A DNA stretch of 35,842 bases, taken from contig JWZX01003089.1 in NCBI GenBank assembly GCA_001275005.1, positions 1-35,842 on the forward strand, written 5' to 3'. A model generated the notes under the pieces. It made no database searches. It saw nothing but the letters and a program-made list of their open reading frames with translations, and had not been told where the DNA came from. Each line of letters opens with the position of its first letter. Within the stretch, counting starts at the first letter, position 1. The translations under genes were made by a program, and so were the position numbers. Positions 21,387 to 31,624 of the stretch are shown here, piece by piece. This stretch comes from Chrysochromulina tobinii. Lineage: Eukaryota.

Positions 21387-21911
21387 CTACAGCTCCTCCT
21401 TTGCAAACGGCTTGGGTTCTCGGGGCCGCGCGTAGTGGTGACCCTCATCAATGTGTAGCTTTGCGTTGTACAACAACTCGTCGGGCGTCCAGAAGTGAAA
21501 GCCGGTCGGTAGCATCTCGTCCTCGTCCTTGCCGCCTTCCTTGCTGGCCAGCTCCGCGTCGCTCGCGTGCGGCCGGCACAGGCCCCACTGCGTGCTCGGA
21601 TGCTTAAAGCAGCCCCCTTCGGCGCACATCATGCGTCCTTCATGTGGGCCCATCTTGAGGCACTCGCAAGATGAGGGCAGCCAGCACTTAAGAGGGCAGT
21701 CAAGCTCTTCGCAGTATTCGCCATCCGGGCATGTGTACTCCTGATTCTGGCCACGGCCACGCAGGCGCAGCTTGCATAGCTTGTACTCGAAGTGCTCCGG
21801 CTCGCAGTAGTCGGGCACCCAGCAGTCATGGCTGATGTGATCCGTCAGTGGATCAAAGGGCAGCTTGCAAGCGCAGAAAGAGAATCGCACGAGAAAGAGT
21901 GCGACGCGCAT
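21387..21911 (-). CDS. Small Cys-rich protein with a possible signal peptide and C-terminal KEEL
   Basis: MRVALFLVRFSFCAC start; many Cys, including CAEGGCFKH..LCRPH; ends AKEEL. Confidence 0.6.
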   Translation of the reverse strand: MRVALFLVRFSFCACKLPFDPLTDHISHDCWVPDYCEPEHFEYKLCKLRLRGRGQNQEYTCPDGEYCEELDCPLKCWLPSSCECLKMGPHEGRMMCAEGGCFKHPSTQWGLCRPHASDAELASKEGGKDEDEMLPTGFHFWTPDELLYNAKLHIDEGHHYARPREPKPFAKEEL

Positions 21912-22127
21912 ATGGATTCTCAGCGCAAGAACGCTCGGTAAAAGGAAAGATCTAGGGGCTTCCAAACTTTTCGAGGGTAACTCTCAACAAAATTATTTGA
22001 CGCTTTTGTTGGAATTACTGTTGACGAAGCATCTGTTTTGGTGCGCGACACTTCCATTTGCTGTCCATGTACATTATTGGCCTCCTCTAACCTGTCGTCG
22101 CTGATCCAGCGCACGCGATTAGGATCC

Positions 22128-23636
22128 ATGGCATTTGGCCTTTTGCGAGAGTTAATCGAATCTTTCTGGATTGTGCTCGCGCCTGCACTTCCCCCATCAT
22201 CCAAGGCTAACCACACGCAGCTCAGCAGCAACATTTCCAAACCCAAGGCCAAGTCGTCTCCCACGGAGCAGGTCCAGAAGGAGAGGAAGCTGGCGGCCCA
22301 GAAAAAGGAGAAGAGGTCACGGCCGAACAGATCCACCGTCACGAGGTTGGAATGGGATGAATGGGTGGCGGCCGCGCCGAAGAGCGCCCTCGGGTCCAAG
22401 CTCGTCGGGAGATGCTCTGCGGCAGCACCACGGCGAGAAAAGCGGCTGCCGACTGCAGCCGTGGGCGTACCGCTGGCCTGCCTGCCACCAGCGATGCTCC
22501 CGCGCCACGGCTTGGCACCGTTGCCGGTGATGCAGAGGGCGGCCGCGTCGCCGTCATCGCCGTCATCGCCGGCGATGCAGATGGCAGCCGCGCCGTCGTT
22601 AAAACCACATTCTGAGCTCGTGGCCACAAAGACGCTCGTGGTGCGCGAGGGCTACGCGCTCGACAGCGCAGTGGTAGAGCCCTCGGTCAGTCAGGGGCAG
22701 GTGGTTGTCATCCTTATGACCCTTGAGCTCGCGGACGGGACCTACCGAGCGCTTGTTCGGCGACCGGGCCTCGTTGTGCCGATGGGCTGGATCACCTCGA
22801 TGCACAAAGCGGGGTCCGTCCTCCTCCTGCCACGTTCCGATCCGCAGAGCGCGCATCTGGAGAATGAGCTCGCGAAGGCGAAGGCACGTGCCGCAGCCGC
22901 TCGGGCGTCGGCCATCGTCGCTGAGAAGCTCTCTCAAGCGGCGCGCACGCACAAGCCCTACATCGGCTTAGAGATGCCCGTGGAGCTGCAGCCCCGCGGC
23001 AAGGCTGCGAATGCGCACGGCTCGCTCGCGTCGAGCACAGCCAGCTTTATGTCGTCTGACGTGTCGTCCAGGTCTAGCAGCAGCGTGCACTGCTCACCTG
23101 CGTCACCAGCGTCACCTGCCTCCAGGACGAGCAGTCTATCTTATACTGGGAAGGGCGGGCCACTCCCTTCCGAGTCGTACGAGACGCCCGACAGAATGAC
23201 CCGGCTGGGCGTTCCAATACCATCGCTGCCTGGCTGGCTGGCATGCACCGACCCGACGCACCAACGGCCCTTTTGGTTCAACACACTCACGCAGGAGACT
23301 GTGTGGGTGGACCCTCGCCTGAGAGCGACACCGGCGCCAGCAGACACGATCTGGTCTGGATGTGATCTGGCCGATCGAGAGCAGATTGTCGAGACCGACT
23401 TTGGCAGGCCTGGATGGCGACGACGATGGCGACGCCAGGACACGGCCAGCCTAGCGCCGCGACAGATAGCAGCAGAGCCGACGCCGGCAGCGACAGTCCC
23501 GCCGACGTCGGCATCACTGCCGGTGCGGCCAAGGGCACCGAGCTCGTCGCCGCCAGAGTCGGCGTTTAAACTGGCCCAAGCTTTGGCAGAAATGCGTCGT
23601 AGCCGAGAGGAAAAAGAGCGAAAGTCGTACGCGTAG
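22128..23636 (+). CDS. WW-domain protein with a possible SH3-like domain
   Basis: LPGWLACTDPTHQRPFWFNTLTQETVWVDP (WW). LVVREGYALDS..GQVVVIL..GWITS is SH3b-like. The start codon is uncertain. Confidence 0.7.
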   Translation: MAFGLLRELIESFWIVLAPALPPSSKANHTQLSSNISKPKAKSSPTEQVQKERKLAAQKKEKRSRPNRSTVTRLEWDEWVAAAPKSALGSKLVGRCSAAAPRREKRLPTAAVGVPLACLPPAMLPRHGLAPLPVMQRAAASPSSPSSPAMQMAAAPSLKPHSELVATKTLVVREGYALDSAVVEPSVSQGQVVVILMTLELADGTYRALVRRPGLVVPMGWITSMHKAGSVLLLPRSDPQSAHLENELAKAKARAAAARASAIVAEKLSQAARTHKPYIGLEMPVELQPRGKAANAHGSLASSTASFMSSDVSSRSSSSVHCSPASPASPASRTSSLSYTGKGGPLPSESYETPDRMTRLGVPIPSLPGWLACTDPTHQRPFWFNTLTQETVWVDPRLRATPAPADTIWSGCDLADREQIVETDFGRPGWRRRWRRQDTASLAPRQIAAEPTPAATVPPTSASLPVRPRAPSSSPPESAFKLAQALAEMRRSREEKERKSYA

Positions 23637-23989
23637 CTATAAAAACTGCGCTGCGCGCGCCAAACTCGGCTGGCCGGCACTTGTAGCCTGTAAGTAGCCT
23701 GCACACGCCGACGCCGCCCGCCCCCCGCGGGCTTCCCATGGGGGATGGGCCGGGCTCGGGCGTGTCTGATCTCGTACACCATACTCGCCCGTCCGGTCCG
23801 CCGGGCTCGCACTCACCTCAGTTACATCCCAGTACCGGCTCTCGCTCACGTACGTCGTGACTGTGTCGACCCCCCAGTGCCGTGTAGCCTAGCCTGTAGC
23901 TGTGTACACGAGTCAGCAGTCACGACCAGAGTAATATTCATCACGACCCACCGCGGTCTTGAATCTTTGAATGCACTGCCAGCTTCGCT

Positions 23990-25090
23990 TCACCGTCCCC
24001 GCGCTTTATTCTTCCCAGGATGACCGCGCATTGCCATTGGTTGCCGCATGCGCCAGGTGGCGCGCACCCTATGGACACTCCCCTGGAGGCATCCCCAGAG
24101 GGCGTCAGCTCTGTCCTCGATGGAAACACAATAGAAGAGCGAGTCGGATGTGACTTGTGAGGTTCGAGGGTCGCCCCCTGAGGTCCTGTGGGGAGGGACG
24201 CTTGAGGTCCTGTCGTGTAACAGTCGAAACGCCTCTGTGGCCTCAAACTTGGCCACGTCATCCTTTGGGACGCATAGTAAGTTGCGGCATCCCGGGGCTC
24301 CGCAGGCCTCATCAACCACGTACACCGCGTACCGGGAGTGGCCGAGCAGCCTACCAAGCTGTACCGCCATACTGTAGTCTCTCTCGGAATATCCAACGAT
24401 CGAGGTGTTGGTATGCGTCTCCAAGGTGAGCCAAGGACGGTCGCGTGCGAGCGTCCGCCTGGCTCCGAGAAGCACCTCGTACTCATGGCCTTCCACGTCA
24501 ATGTGTGCCAGCGCCAGCCGCTCACCCTCAAAGATGCCATCGATCGTGAGTATGGGAAAAGTCTCTACCTCCCCTGTGCTCTCGTTGGTGACTTGTGAAA
24601 GCGTGAGCATGTTCTGTCCCAGGTTCCTATATCGGATGCGAGGCACTGTTATGTTAGTGTGCGCTTCGCGGCCTAGCCCTGCGTGTGTGACGGTCACGTT
24701 TCTTGCGCCCCACGCCTCCCACCGTGGAAGCAAGCTCTGCATGTAGGCAACATTCGCCTGGAGAGGCTCCACGGCGTGCACCATGCGCGACGGGTCCAAA
24801 GAGCTGTACCAGCAGGCCTCGCCGCCGATGTGTGCGCCGACATCGAGCACGCTTCCAGCAGGCAGCAGGCCGTCGGTGAGTAGCATCAGGCCGCAGAGGG
24901 TATGTAGCACGGGCTCCATCGCGGCCTTGAATACCCCATCGCCGAGGCAGCGCGTCGCCGAGCCAAGGCAGCTGGCTGGAGGCCGGCCGAGCTCCCCCGG
25001 GCGCCCACGCCAGAGCTCTAGGTTGCTCGCGTTCAGCAAGCAGTAGAGGCCTGACGCCGCAGCCTCGCGTCGGCGCTCCACATTTGTCAT
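23990..25090 (-). CDS. FkbM-family SAM-dependent methyltransferase
   Basis: VLDVGAHIG, VHAVEP, TIDG, HIDVEGHEYEVLLGA..RPWLTLE. Confidence 0.85.
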   Translation of the reverse strand: MTNVERRREAAASGLYCLLNASNLELWRGRPGELGRPPASCLGSATRCLGDGVFKAAMEPVLHTLCGLMLLTDGLLPAGSVLDVGAHIGGEACWYSSLDPSRMVHAVEPLQANVAYMQSLLPRWEAWGARNVTVTHAGLGREAHTNITVPRIRYRNLGQNMLTLSQVTNESTGEVETFPILTIDGIFEGERLALAHIDVEGHEYEVLLGARRTLARDRPWLTLETHTNTSIVGYSERDYSMAVQLGRLLGHSRYAVYVVDEACGAPGCRNLLCVPKDDVAKFEATEAFRLLHDRTSSVPPHRTSGGDPRTSQVTSDSLFYCVSIEDRADALWGCLQGSVHRVRATWRMRQPMAMRGHPGKNKARGR

Positions 25091-25532
25091 CACACGCCTG
25101 GCGTGTGAACGTTAACACGACAGACGCGACAACCGGCGTTTGTATTGGCTGTAAATACTCGACCGTCCTAGGATTTGTGTTGAGGAGGGGCGTGTGCCTC
25201 CAGTTGATATTTGGGGTTCGTTGAGGCAGTCGTTGTCGCGGACGTGTGTGTGAATTGAGCATCTATTACAATGACATCTAAAAACATTCACGTCATTACG
25301 GGTTACCGTAAATAGACGATACCCGGAAGCGAAACAGATCTCCGTCCCGTCCCAGGGGAGGCGCAGGGAGCGGGCGCGCGCGCGCTCGGCTCGCGGCAGG
25401 GGAGGTGAGCGGGCCAACGTGGGTGCAAAGCGAAGTGGGTGTGGTGGGGCCCCCTCCAAAGTGCAAAGACCAAAGAGCCCAATGATGAGAAGATTTGCAC
25501 GAGACATTATGCAAATTACCATCCAACCTAAA

Positions 25533-26306
25533 TCACCCAGCCACCGCCTTCCAAAGGGGCTGCGCCACAAACACGACCAGCACAAGCGCCTGCAGTCCGA
25601 AGAGGATGGCATACCCGGACGCAATAGCCGCGCGCCCTTGCAGCAGCGAGCGCTCGAACTCATCGAGCACGAAGACGGAAGGCTGCGGCCGCCAGCGGCT
25701 CAGCTGCCGCGCTACCTCCTCGGGCGCCACGTAGGGCGAGCCGCCCGACAGCGCCGTCCACGTGGCCTCCATCGCTAGTGCGCTCGGTGGCGCCTGCGAC
25801 GGCGCCCACGTTGACCGGACGGCTCCGTTGGTGAGGGGCGCGCCGTCAATACCATGGAGTGTGGTGGGCTGCGCCGGCCGCTCAGCAAGGAGCGCCTCAA
25901 ACTCGGCGCGGCGTATAAGCCGGCCCGCCGCGGTACCGAGCGTGTCGCCTGGCTCGAGGCGTGACACCGCGTCTAGAACGTCGTCTGCATACAGTGGCGC
26001 CGGGTAGCCGAGCCAGCGCGAGCACGGCAGTACGACGCCGCCCACCTCGGCGGCGGCAGTACGCTCGCTCAGCCGCTCGGTGCGATCGCCGAGCGAGGCG
26101 AGCGCCTGCGTATTGGCAGCGCGTAGTGACGGCAGCAGCCCCTGACCCAAAAAGGCGAGTGCCAGCAGCGGGCCGAGGACTGCTTCGACCGACGGCCCCC
26201 CGCCCCCGCCATCGAGAAACACGGAGGCGCTCGGCTCGGCGACAGCGGAGGCGGCGGCGGAGAGCGTCGCGGTGGAGAGTGTTGGGCCGAATGGTGGCAA
26301 ACGCAT
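25533..26306 (-). CDS. Hypothetical membrane protein
   Basis: Two hydrophobic segments (VLGPLLALAFLG; YAILFGLQALVLVVFV). It is divergent from the COMMD gene, and the start is uncertain (26306 or 26387). Confidence 0.6.
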   Translation of the reverse strand: MRLPPFGPTLSTATLSAAASAVAEPSASVFLDGGGGGPSVEAVLGPLLALAFLGQGLLPSLRAANTQALASLGDRTERLSERTAAAEVGGVVLPCSRWLGYPAPLYADDVLDAVSRLEPGDTLGTAAGRLIRRAEFEALLAERPAQPTTLHGIDGAPLTNGAVRSTWAPSQAPPSALAMEATWTALSGGSPYVAPEEVARQLSRWRPQPSVFVLDEFERSLLQGRAAIASGYAILFGLQALVLVVFVAQPLWKAVAG

Positions 26307-26485
26307 TGGTTTTGGACGCCCTCGTGAACGGAAGAAAGACACTCGTTCCTGGAGAGGGCCGTCTGGTCGCGTGCTTTCGCGACCCATTGTGTGTCCGCGT
26401 GTTCACACTCGAGCGAACTTGGCCGACGGTGGCGCCGAGCGAAGGGTGCGAGTTCGTGTGCGTGCAGCTCCCTTCTGAGGCTGAG

Positions 26486-27142
26486 ATGCCAGACGCGGCC
26501 GCGGCCGCGCCGCCGTCGCCGCTTGCGGCGCTGAGCAAATTGAGCCTGCTCGACGACGCGGGTCGCAGCGCCTTCTTCGGATGTGTTGCCAGCCAGCTAT
26601 GTTCCACGTCACCGCCGGTGGTGGAGGAAAGGCTAAAGTCCTTGCACGAAGGCTTCGGCTTGGACTTTGCCAGCGGCGAGCCAGCGGCGCTGCTGCTCGC
26701 CGCCAAGCTCGTCATCTGCCGGGTCGCGTCGCGCACATACGAGGGCGCCAGCGCCAAGGCCGCTTTGCTCGCTGACCTGGTCGCTGCCGGGCTTCCGCAG
26801 GCCGCCGCCGAGTGGATACGCGAGGCCGCGCAGGCCGCGACGCTGCCGTGCGCCGCGCAGCTGCGCCTCGCGCAGGGTCACGCGGCGGCCGCGTTCTCGT
26901 CCGACTACTTGCAGGACTTCGACTGGCAGCTCAACTACGTGCTGGCGAGCTCGACCCAAAGCGGTCTCCCACTGGTGGGTACGCCTCTCGTGCAGCTACA
27001 GCTAAAGGTGCGGAAGGCGGGCACCGACGCCGAGGCGATCGAGCGGCTAGAGCTCGCCCCGGCAGAGCTCGATGCCGCGATCAGCACTCTCGGTGCTGCG
27101 GTCAGCTCTCTGCGTGCTTTGCCGGAGCCTGGGGTGGCTTGA
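26486..27142 (+). CDS. COMMD8: COMM-domain protein, COMMD8-like
   Basis: C-terminal LQDFDWQLNYVLASS...PLVQLQLKV...LELAPAELDAAISTL fits the COMM domain. LQDFDWQ is the COMMD8-type motif. Confidence 0.75.
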   Translation: MPDAAAAAPPSPLAALSKLSLLDDAGRSAFFGCVASQLCSTSPPVVEERLKSLHEGFGLDFASGEPAALLLAAKLVICRVASRTYEGASAKAALLADLVAAGLPQAAAEWIREAAQAATLPCAAQLRLAQGHAAAAFSSDYLQDFDWQLNYVLASSTQSGLPLVGTPLVQLQLKVRKAGTDAEAIERLELAPAELDAAISTLGAAVSSLRALPEPGVA

Positions 27143-27667
27143 GCAGCGGCGTGGACGGCGCCCGGCCGGCTCGACTAATGATATGGCCATAGCTCGTGTT
27201 GTCAGAAACGTCTTGTCATAACAGTGACACTCGAGCGCGCGCTCAACGTTCCGTGTATGTTCGCAAGTATCTGGGCCGTTGCTTTAGTTGCGGTACATTG
27301 ACCTACATGCTTCTCCTAAAAGGTGGCTAGTATACTCGCCAGCGCGCTCTTCCGCGCTCGACGCGTCGCAAACGTACCGGAAACCGCCGACGTGAACGTC
27401 AATCGTCGCACGCTCGGCGCACGCCGCACCCTCACCCGTCGTCACCCGGCGCGAGGCCACGACTCCGCTTGGACCCGCCAGTCGGACCTGTACGCCTCTC
27501 CCCATCTCGCACTCGTCGCCCGACGCACCTCTGGCGGCCTCAACAATGCCTCAACTCTCCGTCCAAAGGTCATGCTGTCGGTAGTCGTGACATTTGGGTC
27601 GCGCGGGGCTCGCGAGCGGCGGCGGGGACTCCCCGCCGTGTCTGACGAAGGGGACTCGCGCGCCCAT

Positions 27668-30600
27668 CTACGCGGGTGTAGCGCCTGCACCCGCACCGCC
27701 ACTCCCACACGCGGCCTGGGCGCCGCCCTGGGCGCCGCGGCGCATGTAGATGAGCACATACGCTGCAGGGGTGATGATCGAGCTCACGTCTTCCACGAGG
27801 CTTGTGTGCGAGTCGTCAAACTTGTACCAGTCGCCCGAGAGGCTGTTCTTGGCGAATGCTGTGTAGTGCCCGCCTCCAGTCGAGCCATAGTGGTTCGAGC
27901 ATGCGATCAAGTCATAGAGGTACGCGTCGGTCGTCGAGCCATTGGCGCCGCGGCGGGCACTCGGGTGCACCACGTGGGCCGCCAAGTCCAATTCCAAGGG
28001 AAAACGGACGGGCGTGTCGTTCTTACGCCGCCACTGGTTCCCGGAGAAGCGCTTCAGTTGCATCACGAGGACGTCGGGTAGGGACCAGAACTGCGCCAGC
28101 CGCATACACGGGGGAGTGAGGGGAGAATGGGGTGCATGTGGGGAGATTGGGGAGCATGTGGGGAGATTGGGGCGCAACGGCACACGACGTGCGCACGCAC
28201 GTGTGCATGCATGTGAGCACGGCTACATGCACGCGAGCACGGCCGCACGCACGCGAGCACGGCCGCACGCACGCGTTCGCGCACGCACGCACGCACCTCG
28301 ATCTTCTTGGACGCTTCGCGATGTTCCTTGCACTGAGGGCAGTACCATGCATTGTCGGCATCCAAGGTCTCCTCGCGAGAGAAGAGTTCGAGACACTGCA
28401 AGAGGTCGACGCCCACGGCGGCGCCGTTCTTTTCCGACGGAGGCTTGTGGCCCGCTTGGATCCCGTACCTGTGGGGAGAGGGCGCCGTGGTGAGCACTTG
28501 CATGCGTGCAGGGGCGGAGGCTTGTGGCCCGCTTGGATCCCGAACCTGTGGTTGGCGTCGCCGGCGCCAAGCGCGCCTTCGAGCTTCGCCTTGTCGTAGG
28601 ATCCCAACGGCTCGAAGGCTTCGGGTAACCATTCGAGGACGACGTGCCTGGTCTCGGGAGGGGGCGCGTCGTCGCGGGCGGCCAGGCTGCTTGTGCCGCC
28701 GCCGCCGGCGACGGGGCGAGAGGTGCCGCTGCTGCCACCGCCGCTGCTGCTGCCGCCGCTGCTGCTGCCGCCGCTCGCGAGCGTGGCTGCGCTGCTGCTG
28801 CAGTCGCACCGGTTGGTGCTGCTTCCTAATTTGGGCGCGCCGAACTCGCACAGCGCGCTGGTGCACGGGATGACAGCACCCATCGGTTCCTGCCCTAGCT
28901 GGCCCACTGTCATCGACGTATAGCGTAGCCGCCACTGCGCGCCGCGCGCGAGCGGCGCGGCGGGCGGCTGATCGGCGCCGACCTTGGCGCCATCGTCTCC
29001 GGTGGAAATGCCGTTGGACTCCTCCTCCAGAGGCGCCGTATCGGGCGCCTCGTGCGGCGGGGGCGCCTCTGCATCGGCCTGGCCACCCCGCAGCTGGGCG
29101 GCGACGAGGGCGTACAAGGCCTCACCGCTCGTCGTCCACGAAACCGCGAAGGCGAGGGGCGTTCCCATGAACTTGACTTGCCCATAGCCCGTGCCTGTCG
29201 GAGAGGCTCGTTGCGGCGCGCGCTGCGGGCAGATGAGCACGAGCGGTGCGGCGTCTGCCTCGGCTTCGTCAATCCCGTCGAGGTGCACCTGCGAGATGAT
29301 GAGGGAGGCAATTAGGGGAGTCATCAGGTGCAATCAGAGCGCACAGATCCCGTCGAGGCGCGCGCACACCTGCCAGATGACGATGACGTCGCTGTCGTGG
29401 ATCAGCTCGAGCTTAGACTGCGGGCTGAAGAGCTTGTGCAGCTTCGAGCCGTACACCTCGGCGCACACGAGGGAGGTCGGCACGAGCGCCGGCGCACTCG
29501 GGTCGACCGCCCGCGCCTCGACCGCGACCGCCGTGAAGAGATCCTTCACAGCACCCGCGAGGGGCACGGTGACACGCAGCACTGTGAAGGAGCCGTCGTA
29601 ACGGCGCAGCGTGAGCGAGAGTCGGCGAGTGTCCTCCGGCTGCAACGGCACCGCCACGCTCATGAACGAGTCGAAGGTGACGCTCACCTGAGGAGGGAAG
29701 CCATCACGGAGGGTCATTCGTGGCAATCGTCCGAGGGTCATTAGTGGCAATCATCCGAGGGTCTTACTGACGCTCGTGAAGAACGAGTCCGAGCCCACAC
29801 TCAACTCAAGTCAAGTCAAGTCAAGTCCGAGCCCACACTCACCTTGCTGCACAGCGGGCAGATGACCGTCGATTTGAAGTATCCCTCGAAGAGGTCCGCC
29901 ACGTAGGAGTCGTTGCGCAGCTTGTGACGGCGTGTGACCTCGCGCGCAATCTCGACGTCGGGCTCGGTGCCCTTCGCTTCGAAAGTTTCCACGTACGGCT
30001 TCTTGCGCACGCGGTTCGTATCCTCATGCAGCTTGTCCAACACGTAGTTGCACAGCTCCTGGGAGTCCTGCTGTCCGTAGCCCGCAAACTGCGGCGCGAA
30101 GCGTCCGAGCACATGCTCGTCGGCAATCCATGGCAATCCATGGCAATCCATGGTAATCCATGGCAATCTATGGCAATCCATGGCAATCCATGGCAATCCA
30201 TGGCAATCCATGGCAATCAATGGCAATCCATGGCAATCAATGGTAATCAGTGGCAATCAATGGTAATCAATGGTAATCACCTGCGGCGCGAAGCGTCCGA
30301 GCACGTGCTTGAAGTTGCGCGGCGAGACGGTGGTGGCGGCTCCGCCCCACATGAGCTTGAGCAGCGCCGCGAACGAGCGAGCGAGCTCGCCATTGGCACC
30401 GAGCGGGTTGTCCTCGTTGAGGTCGACGAGGTAGCCGTCGTCGAGGAACCTCGCGCGGAGCATGGGCACGTTGGAGAGGCACTGGAGCATGGAGTTCATG
30501 AAGCACGTGTTGCCCAGATTGGAGAGGCCGACGACACCGTCGAGCGCCGGCTTCGTGCTGTCGACGACCCTATCCTCGTCTCTGCTGCTGCTGCCGCGCC

Positions 30601-31510
30601 CGCTGCCGCCACCGCCATGCCCATGTCCCGTCGCCGCGGCTGTGCTCGACGAGGAGCCGCTGACGCCGTCGAAGAGGTCCATGCTGCCACCGCTCGCGTC
30701 GTCACCGTTGCTCACGTCCGAGAAGCGCCAGCTGCCGTCGGCCTGCTGCACCTCGACGAGCACATCCTGAGCGGGCATCAGATTCGTCTCCATTAGGCTC
30801 TTGCTCGTGTCCGAGAGCTGTGTGTACCGTTTCTTCTTGTAGTAGTCCCACAGGCGCACCTTGTCGAGGCCAGGCAGCGCCCAGATGGCGACCATCTTCT
30901 CGAGCAGCGCGTGCACGGAGGCACTCTTGCTCATGTGCAGAACATACTCGCCGCTCGCCTTGGCCTTGTGTGTGGCGGAGTCGCTCTGCAGGTGTACGAC
31001 GAGCTTGAGCAGCGTGAGTTCGAGGAGCACCTCGGGCTTCGAGTAGGCGCCGCCGCCCTCGGCCAGCGCTATCCTGCGGATGGTGGGGCCGCCGCCATAC
31101 CATTCGACAAGCTTGCTCCAGGCGGCCTCGCCGAGCACCTTGAAGTCCGAGCCCTCTCGCAGACCCTCGCGCAGCAGGTACTCGGTCGCATCCTCGTCAT
31201 CCACCAGCAGGTCGCTCGTGACAATTTGACCGGGCGCATCACCACCGCTGCTGGTCGGATCCCAGTTCGAGTATGCGGCCCATTGCGTCCACCAGCTGCG
31301 AGCGAGAGATGCAGGCGCATGCGCAACGGGTCAGTGCGTCCAGACAGCAGGAGGTGACAGAGTGTGGCTGCCTGCGCCGCACCTCTGCGGCACGAGGTAG
31401 TAGAGCCTGTTGGCCTGGAGCGGCTCATTATCGGCGTGCAGAGCTTTTATCAGCTCCTTCTGCGCGGCGGGCCCCGGTGGCGAGCCAATAGTGTCGCTGA
31501 GAGGAGCCAT
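27668..31510 (-). CDS. USP4/11/15-type ubiquitin-specific protease (DUSP-UBL-USP); exons 31510-31383, 31295-30281, 30088-29843, 29687-29370, 29288-28546, 28468-28297, 28090-27668
   Basis: DUSP ([21 protein letters not shown]), Cys box [52 protein letters not shown], His box [20 protein letters not shown]. Six GT-AG introns. Confidence 0.92.
28091..28296 (-). other. GT-AG intron with (GTGC)n and 10-mer repeats
   Basis: KKIE|FWSLP junction. GCAC repeats and GGGAGATTGG/GGGAGCATGT units on the + strand. Confidence 0.85.
28469..28545 (-). other. GT-AG intron made of a ~31-nt copy of the downstream exon plus the shared 3'-splice-site cassette
   Basis: GTTCGGGATCCAAGCGGGCCACAAGCCTCCG versus exon GTACGGGATCCAAGCGGGCCACAAGCCTCCG. 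The intron ends GCATGCAAGTGCTCACCACGGCGCCCTCTCCCCACAG. Confidence 0.88.
29289..29369 (-). other. GT-AG intron with a partial copy of the downstream exon
   Basis: CCTCGACGGGAT is present in both the intron 5' part and the next exon. TGATTGC-type filler. Confidence 0.82.
29688..29842 (-). other. GT-AG intron with a degenerate exon copy, (TTGAC)n and 10-mer repeats
   Basis: CSK|VSVTFD junction. GTGAG..GACTCGTTC..GAGCGT in the intron resembles the exon start. Confidence 0.82.
30089..30280 (-). other. GT-AG intron with a (CCATGGATTG)n decamer array; its 3' end copies the upstream exon end
   Basis: CA(C/T)GTGCTCGGACGCTTCGCGCCGCAG is at both the exon end and the intron end, separated by a long decamer array (~30120-30280). 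Confidence 0.9.
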
Positions 31511-31624
31511 CTTCTTCGAGGTGTGAAAGCAACACGAGAAGGGGGGAGCCGGCTAGCAAGGCTAGGGCGCATTTTTTGACGCGCAAAACGCCTTCACACC
31601 GTGAAGCGATTCTCTTCTCACGAA
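31511..31624. promoter_or_regulatory. 114-bp divergent promoter region between the USP and BPNT-like genes
   Basis: Head-to-head ATGs at 31510 (-) and 31625 (+). Confidence 0.5.

Noticed and set aside
25961..26485. N-terminal extension of the COMMD ORF
   Set aside because: It overlaps the opposite-strand gene and has a non-ATG start. ATG 26486 gives a typical COMMD length.
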